Source: Alloascoidea hylecoeti
Taxonomy: Eukaryota
Assembly: GCA_001600815.1 (NCBI GenBank)
Contig: BCKZ01000018.1
Span: forward strand, 463,974-527,973
DNA: 64,000 bases
Direction: 5' to 3'
In this document: piece by piece, positions 1-12,146 of the stretch
How positions within the stretch are numbered: position 1 is the first letter of the stretch
How the letters are laid out: every line of letters starts with the position of its first letter
The notes under the pieces: generated by a model
The model's database searches: none
Seen by the model: the letters and a program-made list of their open reading frames with translations, nothing else
Told to the model about the DNA's origin: nothing
Made by a program: the position numbers and the translations under genes

Positions 1-269
1 GTCCTTCCTTCAAATTATTGTAGTTTTATTATTATTGTAAAGAATTCTTTTCGGGACTGGTGATGAATTAACAGAGCCTACTTGCTTTCCAACAAATACT
101 TATTTCCGAACTAACAGCGGAACCATCATATTCAACATCAGAGATTGAAGATTGAAAAGATTTTAATTGTTGAGGGAAAGGTGGTGGTAATGGTTCAGAT
201 TCCTTTACAGATTTTAAAGATCTTTATTAATGATAAAACTCTAAGATTTCTAAATAAGGTGTGTCGTTA

Positions 270-360
270 AAAACCCATACTTCTGCGCGTCGGCACGTGA
301 TGTACTCTAGGGCTGTAGCACACATTCATGCATACTTCCCGTTTAGGACTCGAAGTCACA
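270..360 (+). promoter_or_regulatory. RPL4 promoter motifs: Rap1-like AAAACCCATAC (270-280), Cbf1-type CACGTGA (294-300), Tbf1-like CTAGGGCT (307-314), Homol-D-like AAGTCACA (353-360)
   Basis: Motifs read directly 80-170 bp upstream of a ribosomal protein ATG. Factor assignments come from known fungal RP-promoter consensus sequences. Confidence 0.5.
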
Positions 361-439
361 GATTTCTAATGCATTTTTTCATCAAATACAGTGATATCTT
401 ACTACTTGATACCATCAACACATACTTCAACAACAAAAG

Positions 440-1537
440 ATGTCCGTCACAAGACCACAAGTATCAGTCTACTCCACTACCGGTGAAGTCTCAAAGGCCT
501 CCGTTGCCTTACCAGCTGTTTTCAAAGCTCCAATCAGACCTGACATCGTTCACTCTGTTTTCAAGGGTGTTAACAAGAATAAGAGACAAGCTTATGCCGT
601 TTCTGAAAAAGCCGGTCATCAAACCTCTGCTGAATCTTGGGGTACTGGTCGTGCTGTTGCCCGTATTCCTCGTGTCAATGGTTCAGGTACTCACCGTGCT
701 GGACAAGCTGCTTTCGGTAATATGTGTCGTGGAGGTAGAATGTTTGCTCCAACAAAGACATGGAGAAAATGGCACGTTAAGGTCAACCATAACGAAAAGA
801 GATATGCTGTCGCTTCCGCTATTGCTGCTTCAGGTGTTGCTTCTTTAGTTTTGGCTAGAGGTCACAGAGTTGAGACAATCCCAGAAGTTCCATTAGTTGT
901 TGCTAATGAGATTGAATCCGTCACCAAGACCAAAGATGCCGTCGCTGTTTTGAAAGCCATTGGTGCTCACCGTGATGTCATTAAGGTTATCAAATCCAAG
1001 AAATTGAGAGCTGGTAAAGGTAAACTTAGAGGTAGAAGACACACCCAAAGACGTGGACCTCTCGTTGTCTATGGTAATGACAATGGTATCGTTAAGGCTT
1101 TCCGTAACGTTCCAGGTGTTGAAACCGCCAATGTTAGAGCTTTAGGTCTTTTACAATTAGCACCAGGTGCTCACTTAGGTAGATTTGTTATCTGGACTCA
1201 ATCTGCTTTTGAATTATTAGACTCAATCTGGGGATCCGAATCTACTGAATCATCCAAATCTGGTTATGTTTTACCAAAATCAATCATTTCCAACGCTGAT
1301 GTTCAAAGAATTATCAACTCTTCCGAAATTCAAAACGTTGTTAGACCAGCTGGTCCAAGAGTTCAAAAGAGATCTCATGTTCAAAAGAAGAATCCTTTAA
1401 AGAACAAACAACTTTTGTATAGATTGAATCCTTATGCTAAAGCATTTTCTGAAAAGAAATTAGGATCTGTTAAAGTTTCTAAATCAAAGGCTAAATTCTC
1501 AAATGGTGTTTTCCATGAAGTTAGAAAACAAGATTAA
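440..1537 (+). CDS. RPL4: 60S ribosomal protein L4 (uL4)
   Basis: Intronless 365-aa ORF with [22 protein letters not shown] and [17 protein letters not shown]; strongly biased codons. Confidence 0.99.
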   Translation: MSVTRPQVSVYSTTGEVSKASVALPAVFKAPIRPDIVHSVFKGVNKNKRQAYAVSEKAGHQTSAESWGTGRAVARIPRVNGSGTHRAGQAAFGNMCRGGRMFAPTKTWRKWHVKVNHNEKRYAVASAIAASGVASLVLARGHRVETIPEVPLVVANEIESVTKTKDAVAVLKAIGAHRDVIKVIKSKKLRAGKGKLRGRRHTQRRGPLVVYGNDNGIVKAFRNVPGVETANVRALGLLQLAPGAHLGRFVIWTQSAFELLDSIWGSESTESSKSGYVLPKSIISNADVQRIINSSEIQNVVRPAGPRVQKRSHVQKKNPLKNKQLLYRLNPYAKAFSEKKLGSVKVSKSKAKFSNGVFHEVRKQD

Positions 1538-2313
1538 ATATTATAAATACATTAACGTTTTAGTCTGATTATATAACTATTAATACCTAATTTTTTCAAA
1601 AACTTCATGATCATATGTATAGTAAAACCAGTAACAATAATTGATTTATTTTAGAAAACGATATATGTCATTATAAGTTGAATATAGCGTACGGGTATCA
1701 AAGATTCGGGCAATTACAGACCCAGTCAATAAGCCCAGTTATATAGAAATGAAAATATCAGACGTTATTGACGTGTATACCTTCACTGATTTCACTTCCT
1801 CAAAAATCACATTTATAACCGTAGTTTGCTTAATGAATCTCTTTCATCCTGTCACTTGTGTTACAAGTTGTGTAGTAGATTCTAGATTCTTTATTAGATT
1901 CTTTATGTGTGGATTTTTAATGGGGATCAGGGGAAGATAGATCGCCAAGTATTACTGTTACATCTATTCTCTATCCTTTGAATGGTTGGAAATGATTCAA
2001 AGTCAGATCAAGTATAATCACAAGTTGTTGATCTTTTAAAGTTGACAGGTTTGGAACCGGAGAGACCTAATTTTTAGAAACATGGTACTATATTAAGGGG
2101 ATACTAGGGTTTTTCCGTCTGTTCCATTTTCATACTTCGTTATAGATTTGAAGGATCGCATTATGAATTTTTTTTATGATCCAATTTGGTAATCTATCGG
2201 TTAACTATATAGAAGAATATTTCCTTGTTTATTATATTATTAATATTATTAAATAGGCGTTTATCATATATATTTTGATTACTATTTTAAATTTAAATAA
2301 AGTGGTTGTAAGT

Positions 2314-2321
2314 TGACTCAT
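2314..2321 (+). promoter_or_regulatory. Gcn4/AP-1 site TGACTCAT upstream of asparagine synthetase
   Basis: Perfect TGACTCA about 180 bp upstream of ATG 2499. ASN genes are established Gcn4 targets. Confidence 0.7.
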
Positions 2322-2498
2322 CTTTATATGCCTCGGAGGTGAACTTAAAAATTTTATACTTAAGCACAAACTTTTTTCTTTTCTTTTCTTCTTTTTTTAA
2401 TACCAAGCTTCAAACAATCAACATCGACGTTTAGAATTATTTTATTTTTTCTTTAAAAGTTGTTTTTTATTGTCAATTAATTAAAGAAGACAAATAAA

Positions 2499-4434
2499 AT
2501 GTGTGGAATTTTCAGTTGTTACCATCATGATGATGTTATAGGTTTTAAAGATACAGCATTACGTTATTCAAAACGGTAAGTTCATATTTCTTTTTTTTCA
2601 TTGTCATATTTATAAATATCAATATCTTTAATATCTTATTTTATTATGACGGGTTGATATTTCATATTTTTTGATCTTACATTTGGTTGTTAAAAGCTGA
2701 ACGTCAATTTAATTATGACTCAACCGTTTTTCATTGATGCAAAATAAAACATATTAACTAAATTTCAATAGAATTCGTCATCGTGGTCCAGATTGGAGTG
2801 GTAAATTCATTAAAAATTCAACAATTATCTGTCATGAACGTTTATCAATTGTTGGACTTGATTCAGGAGCACAACCAATTACAAATGCTGATGATTCACT
2901 TGCTTTAGGTGTTAATGGAGAAATTTATAATCATGTTTCTTTACGTAAACAATTTTCAGATTATCCTTTTAAAACATTAAGTGATTGTGAACCAATTATA
3001 CCATTATATGAAAAATATGGTCTTGATGCACCAAAAAAATTAGATGGTATGTTTGCATTTGTTTTATATGATGCTAAAAAAGATAGAATTGTTGCAGCAA
3101 GGGATCCAATTGGTATAACTACTTTATATATGGGTAGAAATTCAAAATATCCAAAAAGAGTTTTTTTTGCAAGTGAATTAAAATGTCTTGTTGAAGAATG
3201 TGATAATATTATTGCATTCCCACCTGGACATATTTATGATTCAGATAGTGATAAAATTACAAGATATTATGAACCAATTTGGTGGGATGAAAGTAAAATC
3301 CCAACAACTCCCTTGGATTTAAAATTAATTCGAGAAAGTTTGGAAACAGGTGTTCGTAAAAGATTAATGGCTGAGGTTCCATATGGTGTTTTATTATCAG
3401 GTGGATTAGATTCTTCATTAATTGCTGCAATTGCTGCTAGAGAAACATGGAAAGCAGCCAAAGAGGAAGAAGCTAAAAGTATTGAACGTAATGGTTATGA
3501 AGATGCTATGCATACGTTATCTGGTATTGATGAAACTGGACATTTACAAATTGCAGCTCCTGCTACGAAATTACACTCATTTGCAATTGGATTACCTGGT
3601 GCACCTGATTTAATTGCAGCTAAGAAAGTTGCCAAATTTATTGGAACGATTCATCATGAACATACATTTACTTTACAAGATGGTTTAGATGCATTAAGTG
3701 ATGTTATTTATCACTTGGAAACATATGATGTTACAACCATTAGAGCATCGACACCAATGTATTTACTTTCTAGAAAGATTAAAGCACAAGGAATTAAGAT
3801 GGTTTTATCAGGAGAAGGATCAGATGAAATTTTCGGAGGATATTTATATTTTGGAGCAGCACCTTCAAAAGAAGAATTTCATCAAGAATCTGTTAAAAGA
3901 GTTAAAAACTTACATTTATCAGATTGTTTACGTGCAAATAAATCTACAATGGCATGGGGGCTTGAAGCCAGAGTACCATTTTTAGATAAAGAATTTTTAG
4001 ATGTTTGTATGACAATTGAGCCAAAAGAAAAGATGATTACAAAAGATAGAATTGAGAAATATATTTTAAGAAAAGCATTTGATACAAAGGATTCACCAAA
4101 TGTTAAACCATATTTACCTGATGAGATCTTATGGCGTCAAAAAGAACAATTTTCTGATGGTGTTGGATATTCATGGATTGATGGATTAAAAGAAGCAGCA
4201 TTATCAGCTGTTTCCGATGAAGAATTTGCCCACCCAAAACCTGAATGGGGAGATGATATTCCAACTACGAAAGAAGCTTATTGGTACAGATGTAAGTTTG
4301 ATGCCTTGTTTCCTCAAAAGGCAGCGGCCGCTACAGTTATGAGATGGGTTCCCAAGGCAGAATGGGGATGTGCTGAAGATCCTTCAGGACGGTTTGTCAA
4401 GAGCCATGAAGCCCATGTTAAAGAATCTAAGTAA
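2499..4434 (+). CDS. ASN1: Glutamine-dependent asparagine synthetase (ASN1/ASN2), 2 exons, 579 aa
   Basis: Exons 2499-2575 and 2772-4434. Intron 2576-2771 has GTAAGT...TATTAAC...TAG. Splicing restores MCGIF...[13 protein letters not shown]; also [16 protein letters not shown] and [12 protein letters not shown]. Confidence 0.97.
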
Positions 4435-4608
4435 GTATATGTACATTTATATCCAGATAAATAGGATTTAATAGAAGTAGAAATGTTGAAGAGATTCGGT
4501 ATTTAATAATCATTAACACCCAGCCAGCTGCGAACAAAGATCTCCGTTTGAACGGTTTCAGACATTTAGCAGTTACGAAATACGAATAGCAGTATTTGCA
4601 GATGAGAC

Positions 4609-4618
4609 AATCACATGC
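4609..4618. promoter_or_regulatory. ICRE/UAS-INO-like E-box (AATCACATGC) upstream of CHO1
   Basis: TCACATG core about 155 bp upstream of the ATG. CHO1 is an established Ino2/Ino4 target; the flank is imperfect. Confidence 0.45.
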
Positions 4619-4770
4619 TAACAAAGCCGATTAATATTTTGATTCTGATGGATTTTGGAATTTGATGGGGATCTTGTGAATTTTATAGCTCCATCCGTGG
4701 CCGACATCATTACCCGGGCTTCAACACTGTAAGTGACTAACCTCTCTGTTAAATCTTCTACTACTAGTAA

Positions 4771-5754
4771 ATGGCTTCCACTTCTGCAGACCTTCACCAG
4801 TCAAACCTCCCTGTACCGCTCTCTTCGTCCTCCTTCATGGGGTCTCCAACACACTCTAGTTCAGCTTCAGATGCAGATCTCGCAAGCTCTACTCACCCAT
4901 TAAAACCTTCCAAATCTATCAACTTGCCTATTCAAAGAAGACCCTCATTCTTCTCTGATGACGAACTGCCTCCTCCTGGTATGTATACTCGCGTTTCTAT
5001 CTGTTTTCTACGCTTACTAACATCGCCGCTTCTAGATGAGAGCGATTGGAAAAAATTCAAATCCGATGATATACATTTTTCTCTGATTCGGTAAGTTTCA
5101 ACATTGCCTTTCTGGAATACATTTCTTATTTTTCGGTAATTATTCTAACTAGCCAATAGCAACCTCCATTTAGCTGATTACATCACTTGTTTAAATGGAT
5201 TCTGTGGATTTTACAGTATAATCTCTTGTCTTCGATTCTGTTTGACTTCCTCTCCTCATTATGTAACCCGGGCTATGATTTTTACCGCTCTTGGGTTTTT
5301 CTTTGATGCTGTTGATGGAAGAGTGGCCAGATGGCGTCAAAGAGCAAGTTTAATGGGCCAGGAATTAGACTCGTTGGCAGATTTAATATCATTTGGCGTT
5401 GCTCCAGCTTCGATCGCCTTTTCAATTGGGTTCCAAACAACTGTAGATACCTTATTATTGGTTCTATTTGTCTTATGTGGATTAACTAGATTGGCCAGAT
5501 TCAACGTTACTGTGATTAAAATTCCAAAGGACGCTCAAGGAAAATCAAAATATTTTGAAGGCACTCCAATCCCAACAACTTTAGCTATTGTTGCTCTAAT
5601 GTATTGGTGGATTGCAAATGATTGGTATGGTACTAATTTACCAGGAGGAATTATTGCTGAAGGTAGTTATATTGAATTCCATCCTTATATTGTTATTTTT
5701 GTTCTTTCTGGCTGTGGTATGATCAGTAAGAGCCTGAAGATTCCAAAGCCTTGA
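4771..5754 (+). CDS. CHO1: CDP-diacylglycerol--serine O-phosphatidyltransferase (phosphatidylserine synthase), 3 exons, 285 aa
   Basis: Exons 4771-4978, 5036-5090 and 5160-5754. Introns 4979-5035 (GTATGT..TACTAAC..TAG) and 5091-5159 (GTAAGT..TTCTAAC..TAG). Spliced product reads [15 protein letters not shown], has the DGRVAR...GQELDSLAD motif and ends SKSLKIPKP. Confidence 0.96.
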
Positions 5755-5941
5755 AAGTTTCATATTTCATGGCAATGTATGGTTATATAGTTAATAATAT
5801 ATAAACGTCTTGTAATGTGCCATTTGTGTACTATTCTTGGTGGGTAGTAATATATTAATCAGGTTCCGACCACGTGCACCCCAGCCGTCCATGATAATTA
5901 TTCATTGTTACTTCCCATGTCATTGCCATCATTCACTTAAA

Positions 5942-7936
5942 ATGGACACCACAGACGTAAAACCTCCGAACTTATCATCGTCAAAAGATCCCACTTCTCC
6001 ATTCTATAGAAGTTTACCGTTAAATGCCCACCCGATTGAAGAACTTGCTAATCGTTTCCAGGCATGGAGGAAAGTAATCAAAAGTCTATTGGTGTACTTT
6101 ACCGAAGTCGTTAGTACCCATGAACAAGAAACAAGAATTCAACAACAATTATTAAACTCCGTGGATTTTCCATTTTTTACAAATGGATCTGGTACAAAAT
6201 CCTCATCAACTTCTACAACGGCGGGTTCAGCTATCAAAAATGATTTTGATGGCTATAGCCAACCAATAAGTCAAGAAGATTTATCAATTCAACAATTTTT
6301 TTTACCTTTTAATAAAGGATCTATTCAAGATTTACCAAATCAATTAATTAATTATCATAAAATGTTAGTTTTAAAAACAATTCGTACAAATAAAGAATTA
6401 ACAACAAATATAATTCCAAGATTAGAAGAATTAAGAAGAGATTTATTAGCAAAAATTAAAGAAATTAAATCTTTATCAAATGATTTTGAAAATAATATTG
6501 CAAATGAAATGGCATTAACTGGTCAAGAATATTCAAAGTATATAAATACAATTAAAATTTTATATTCAAAAAATTCAACATCTTTAATTTCTGGTAAAAA
6601 TGATCCATATTTATTAAAATTAAATTTAGATAGACAATTAGCAAGACAAATTCAAGAAGAAAATTATTTATTAGAAGCTTTTCAAAATTTACAAGGTTCT
6701 GGTAAAGAATTAGAAATTGTTGTTTATCAAGAAGTTCAAGTTTCAATTAATTCTTATTTAAAATTAATTGGTAATGAATCACAATTAACATTTGATTATT
6801 TATTAGATATTATTAATGGTGAAAATGGTTTATTAACTAAACAACCAGATTATGAATGGGATTCATTTATTGATAGAGATATTAATTTTATTGATATTGA
6901 TCATGAAGTTTTAAATTTTAAAAAAAGAAAAGATATTAAAACTATAAAATATGATTTTAATAATGATTTATCTGCATCATCAATTAACTCAGGTTATTTA
7001 GAAAGAAGATCAAAATATTTAAAATCTTATTCAAGAGCTTATTATTTATTAACTCCTTGTTTTTTACATGAATTTAAAACAATTGATCGTAAAAAAGAAC
7101 CATTTCCAATTTTATCAATTTCTTTAGATGATTGTGAAATTTCAGAATATATTAAAGAACATTCATCAATAAATTCAACAAATAAATTTGTTTTAAATGC
7201 TTCTAAAAAAAAACATTCTGGTAGTTTACATAGATCCCATAATTGGGTTTTTAAAGCTGAAAATAATAAAGAAATGCATCTATGGTATGATAAAATAAAA
7301 CAATTAATATCTCTAGGTTCAATTAATGCAAGAATTCAATTTTTAAATGAATCTAATGAAATTGAAAAACATCAAAATCAAAATCTTCAATCTTTACCAC
7401 AGATTAATAATCAAAATATTATTTCAGATAATAGTTCAATTGTTGAATCAATTGCTTCAACTGCTGCAACTGCCCCGGCTTTTTATGTTGAATCATCACC
7501 AAATCAGGATCCATACCTAAATCAATATCAACAATCACCAAATCTTCAACCTGTTCAAAGAGGCTTATTTACAACTGATGTAAATTTACCAGAAAATAGA
7601 GCAATTTCACCAATTGGAACTCCAAGATTATCACCACGGGTAAATTCTCCGCAGGTAAACGCACTCAATAACGGTTTAAACGATTTACAATTGAATCAAA
7701 GAACAGTACATAGTAGACATTCTTTACCTCCTCCACAAGCAGTACCTGATGGTAATAACCTACCACAAAATCGCAATGTTAGAAATTCATGGTATGTTGG
7801 AGCTAAACCAGGAGATATTCCATCGCGTAATACTTCTCCTTTACGAGGTGAAGTCAGTCCAAATATAAATCGTGTTGTTAGACATTCATATTATGGAGGA
7901 GATCCTTCACAACAATCTGATGATCGTGGTTTATAA
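5942..7936 (+). CDS. SLM1: Slm1/Slm2-like BAR-PH phosphoinositide-binding protein, 664 aa
   Basis: First strong ATG at 5942. Helical N-terminal half (LANRFQAWRKVIK, DPYLLK) followed by a PH domain (GYLERRSKYLKSYSRAYYLLT...HNWVFKAE...W). Paralog identity is uncertain. Confidence 0.8.
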   Translation: MDTTDVKPPNLSSSKDPTSPFYRSLPLNAHPIEELANRFQAWRKVIKSLLVYFTEVVSTHEQETRIQQQLLNSVDFPFFTNGSGTKSSSTSTTAGSAIKNDFDGYSQPISQEDLSIQQFFLPFNKGSIQDLPNQLINYHKMLVLKTIRTNKELTTNIIPRLEELRRDLLAKIKEIKSLSNDFENNIANEMALTGQEYSKYINTIKILYSKNSTSLISGKNDPYLLKLNLDRQLARQIQEENYLLEAFQNLQGSGKELEIVVYQEVQVSINSYLKLIGNESQLTFDYLLDIINGENGLLTKQPDYEWDSFIDRDINFIDIDHEVLNFKKRKDIKTIKYDFNNDLSASSINSGYLERRSKYLKSYSRAYYLLTPCFLHEFKTIDRKKEPFPILSISLDDCEISEYIKEHSSINSTNKFVLNASKKKHSGSLHRSHNWVFKAENNKEMHLWYDKIKQLISLGSINARIQFLNESNEIEKHQNQNLQSLPQINNQNIISDNSSIVESIASTAATAPAFYVESSPNQDPYLNQYQQSPNLQPVQRGLFTTDVNLPENRAISPIGTPRLSPRVNSPQVNALNNGLNDLQLNQRTVHSRHSLPPPQAVPDGNNLPQNRNVRNSWYVGAKPGDIPSRNTSPLRGEVSPNINRVVRHSYYGGDPSQQSDDRGL

Positions 7937-8650
7937 TAATAATAGACGGAATGGATGATAATTTTAAGCCATATCAGTATTAATCAAGAAACTAAATATA
8001 TAAGGACTGTTCTATATAAACTTTTTGTTTGCATTTGCAATATTTCTATAACTATTCTTTTAATTGCTATTGTTCAATATTAATATTATTATCAACTATT
8101 CTCTTTTGAGTAGTGTTGTATAATTAATATTGCTATTATATTATATTTGATTTATTATGTTCATTTTCCCCCTACACTCTAAAGGTATATTACCAGATTA
8201 CCTATTTATATAATATTGGTATTGATTTGTGGACCATTCCTACTATTTAGATGATATTACAATACGTAATGTGACCATTCGCAACGGTATTATGCAGACG
8301 CATAGTTTTTTTCCGTTTTACGAGGTGCAGCACCGAAACTAAAATGGCAGGTAAACGTTGCGTGGTACAAAAGAATTTCAAATTTCAAACTATTTCCTTT
8401 TCCCCATCTTTTTTTGATATCGTGTTGAATTAATATTTACAGATAACCACATCAGGCAATTAGCGTATCATAGTGAGTCATATTATATTGACTGCATCCG
8501 TTTCCGTAATCACGTCCGCATCCGCATCCCCGATAACGATCAATAATTCACTCAATCAGTCATATTTCATATTTCAATCGTTTACATCACAAAATTCCTA
8601 CTCCTCCCAAAAAACACCTTCTTCTCAAATTAAATTCATAACACTATAAT

Positions 8651-10813
8651 ATGTCTTCACTAAACTCATCATCATCATCATCAAAAGGGAGTATTAGTGG
8701 TAAGGGAAGCGGAAGTAATTCAAAATTTTCATTATCAAGACCACCTACAACTCTTTCCGTGCCGGGTTTAACGAGGAGTAAAACAAATCCAAATGGGACC
8801 ATTTCTTCAAATGATATCGGCTCAAAATTGGCCATTGTTATGGTTGGATTACCTGCTAGAGGGAAATCATATATCACAAACAAAGTTTCAAGGTACCTGA
8901 ACTGGTGTCAGCATGATTGTAAAATATTTAATGTCGGAAATACACGACGACAATCAAAAGAAAATTCTGGACCTTTTAGTGTCCCATTAACTGGAGAAGA
9001 AGATAAAAAACAAGATGATGAACATGATGCAAATTTTTTTAATCCGGATAATGCAGAATTCTCTGCTTTACGTGATCAATGGGCCATGGAAACTCTTGAT
9101 GAAATGCTTGATTATATAATTGATGGTCCTGGATCGGTTGGAATTTTTGATGCAACAAATACAACTAAACGAAGGCGTAAAAGGGTTCTAGAAAAAATTA
9201 AACAAAGAAGTAATGGAGAATTAAAAGTTCTATTTATGGAATCAATATGTACAAAACCATCAATTTTAGAAGAAAATATAAGATTAAAATTATCAGGTCC
9301 TGATTATAAAGATATTAATATAGATATTGCTTTAAAAGATTTTTTAGAAAGAATGAAAAATTATGAAAAAGCTTATGAAACTATTGATGATGATGAAGCT
9401 GATTCTGATGATTCAAATTTATTTCAATATGTTAAAATGATTAATGTTGGTAAAAAAGTGGTTTCTTATAATATTCAAGGATATCTTGCTGGTCAGGCCG
9501 TCTATTTCTTAACAAATTTTAACTTAACTGACAGACAAATTTGGATTACAAGACATGGTGAAAGTGCTGATAATAGAGACGGTAAAATTGGCGGTGATGC
9601 TCCCTTGACAGAAAAAGGTGAAAAATATTCAAATGCTCTTGCATCTTTTATTGATTATAAACAAAAAGAATTTAGAAAAAGACAATTAAAACATTTTGAA
9701 GATAGAAAAAAAATATTACCTTCAGCAGTATCAATTCCTGAAAGTTCCAATTATTGCGTTTGGTCAAGTATGTTAAAACGTACTATTCAAACTGCTTCTA
9801 GTTTTGATGAAACTCGATATTTTCCAAAAGAAATGAGAATGTTAAATGAATTAGGATCAGGAATTTGTGATGGTTTAACATATAAAGAAATTGAAAAGAA
9901 ATATCCAGAAGAATATATGGCAAGAAAATTGGATAAATTAAGATATAGATATCCTGGTATTGGAGGAGAATCATATCTTGATGTTATTAATCGATTAAAA
10001 CCTGTTATAACAGAAGTCGAAAGAATGGAAGATAGTGCAATAATAATTGCTCATCGTGTTGTTTGTAGAGTTTTATTAGCTTATTTTATGAATCTTGATA
10101 GATCATTAATAACTGATCTTTCAATTCCATTACATTCAGTTTTTGTATTGGAACCAAAACCATATGGTGTTGATTGGGCAATGTATAAATATGATGAAGA
10201 AAGTGATTGGTTTTATCAGGTTAAACATAATTTACCACCAAATGCATTTGCAAAAGCGATTCCGTTAGAAGATGGTATTTTTAATCCGTTTAAAAATATT
10301 AGAAATGATAATAATGATAAAAATACAAATATAACATGTTCAACATCCTCATCGTCATTGTCATCATCATCATCATCATCGTTAGCAAGTGAACATGATT
10401 TAACTTCTTCGACTTCACAACAACCTACAATAGACCTTGAAGAATTTTCTAGGTTCAGATTACATTCATCATCTTCAAGTACATCATTGAAATCATCGAA
10501 ATCAAAGAAAAGATTTGATGAAGTTATGTCTAATACAGTAGAACAATTACAATTACAATTACAAGCACATTTACGTGATCATGATGAAGAAAACTTAAAA
10601 GATCATGTTGTTCTATCTAATAGTAGTAGTAACTATACTTTTAATTCAACATCTGCATCATCAGGTTTAGTTTCTGCTATTGAAACTCCAAAAAGTATTT
10701 TATCACCAGATGTAAAGAATTTCAATTTCAATTCAGGTGATAGTCCGAAAAGAAATGCTCATTTTAAGGAGGAAATGGAATCAAATATTAATGATGAATT
10801 TTTTTCAATTTAA
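8651..10813 (+). CDS. PFK26: 6-phosphofructo-2-kinase / fructose-2,6-bisphosphatase family, PFK26-like
   Basis: Walker A VMVGLPARGKSYITNK, FNVGNTRR, FDATNTT; histidine-phosphatase domain WITRHGES; YRYPGIGGESYLDV. Confidence 0.88.
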   Translation: MSSLNSSSSSSKGSISGKGSGSNSKFSLSRPPTTLSVPGLTRSKTNPNGTISSNDIGSKLAIVMVGLPARGKSYITNKVSRYLNWCQHDCKIFNVGNTRRQSKENSGPFSVPLTGEEDKKQDDEHDANFFNPDNAEFSALRDQWAMETLDEMLDYIIDGPGSVGIFDATNTTKRRRKRVLEKIKQRSNGELKVLFMESICTKPSILEENIRLKLSGPDYKDINIDIALKDFLERMKNYEKAYETIDDDEADSDDSNLFQYVKMINVGKKVVSYNIQGYLAGQAVYFLTNFNLTDRQIWITRHGESADNRDGKIGGDAPLTEKGEKYSNALASFIDYKQKEFRKRQLKHFEDRKKILPSAVSIPESSNYCVWSSMLKRTIQTASSFDETRYFPKEMRMLNELGSGICDGLTYKEIEKKYPEEYMARKLDKLRYRYPGIGGESYLDVINRLKPVITEVERMEDSAIIIAHRVVCRVLLAYFMNLDRSLITDLSIPLHSVFVLEPKPYGVDWAMYKYDEESDWFYQVKHNLPPNAFAKAIPLEDGIFNPFKNIRNDNNDKNTNITCSTSSSSLSSSSSSSLASEHDLTSSTSQQPTIDLEEFSRFRLHSSSSSTSLKSSKSKKRFDEVMSNTVEQLQLQLQAHLRDHDEENLKDHVVLSNSSSNYTFNSTSASSGLVSAIETPKSILSPDVKNFNFNSGDSPKRNAHFKEEMESNINDEFFSI

Positions 10814-10871
10814 ATTTTGATCCAATGATTAAAATTAATTTTAAAACCAAAAATGAAAAAAATGAATCAAC

Positions 10872-10898
10872 GAATGAATGAATGAATGAATGAATGAA
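10872..10898. repeat. (GAAT)n tetranucleotide microsatellite, about 6.75 copies
   Basis: gaatgaatgaatgaatgaatgaatgaa read directly in the PFK26 3' flank. Confidence 0.9.
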
Positions 10899-12146
10899 CG
10901 AAGATGAGTTATATAGTAAAAAGTAATGGGCAAATGATGAAAACGGAAATAAGTAATGAGTGATGGGTAATGCATGGGTGATGAAAAATTAATGAAAGGT
11001 TAATGAAATCTTAATGGAAAATGATCATAAGCGTAAATAATTTTGCATATGGCGGGGTTAATGTTATTTAGATGTGTAGAAAAAGTTTTTGTAATTATAA
11101 GTGTTTTTTATTGATGATGGTTTTGCTTTACGGGATCATATATTTTGTAGCTTGTATGATTTTAATTTATGCTTTCCAATTGGTAATTAAATTTGTGATA
11201 CCAATTGTTGGTCACGAATTAAGCTCTACTCTATATATTTGGCCACGGATATATTTTTTACAATTGAATACCAGTAAATGACTAAAAATTCTAAATAAAA
11301 TACATAATTTATTGTATAGCTAAGTGGAATGGAACCGTTATCATCAATCTCCATCGGAACAATATCTTCAGCGGTGGAATAACACCACCTGAACCCAAAT
11401 CACTATAACCTTAGAGATTATTGATAATATTTGGCATGTTATTTCTCAATACCTGAATGGGAGGATTGAGAGCTAGCTGGTGACTCAAAAAGGGGCCCTC
11501 GTTATGTTTCTAACATTTCTACCTGTGTGTTGTCCCTGTTTCGTGCACCCCACAACCTGATATATAAGTCGGAATTCTGGTATGAAGACTAGTTTTCCTT
11601 CTAATATTAAATACTCCGTGATTTTCTCTCCACCTCTAATAAATAATAATAATAATAATATGTCATTTCAATTTAAACTTTCTCAATTGATCAATGAAAA
11701 TTTTTCTCGTATTCAACTTTCTACATTTCATATTGTCATTCTTCAACGTTAACATTACATAACTATAGGCCTACTACAAATATTCCTAAGGTTGATGATC
11801 ATCTATACTTAATATCAATATCATAGGATGTTAATGTTATATCATACAAATTCTTTTTACTCTGACCGGGAGTGTAGAACTAGAAGTCCACTCTGTTAAT
11901 TGAGGTCGAATGCAAGATAGTATTTATAAGGGAAATATTTAAATCATAACTAAAATAGAAACTAAATACAAAGAATTATAACAAGAGAGTTAATGATACT
12001 AAGTACTAGCATAGTATGTTATACCAATAGAATGTAATCAATAGCTATTGTTACACCATAATGAACAGCTGTAGATCAGCCTTTGATTTTGATTTTCATC
12101 TGCAATGATATATCAGTCATTTAAATTTATATTTGAATATTTTTTT

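Noticed and set aside
1..235. Protein-like minus-strand stretch (..KESEPLPPPFPQQLKSFQSS..)
   Set aside because: No ATG, stops in every frame, no recognisable family, and the window edge prevents assessment.
261..848. 195-aa ORF overlapping RPL4, and similar shadow ORFs inside ASN, SCP160, HAL5, PHO84, STD1, LCD1, DHR2, ATO and TMA108
   Set aside because: Alternative-frame or antisense by-products of codon bias in real genes; no motifs.
1755..1850. Minus-strand GGATGA...CTGA, a possible C/D snoRNA
   Set aside because: Imperfect C box, no terminal stem and no convincing rRNA complement next to the D box.
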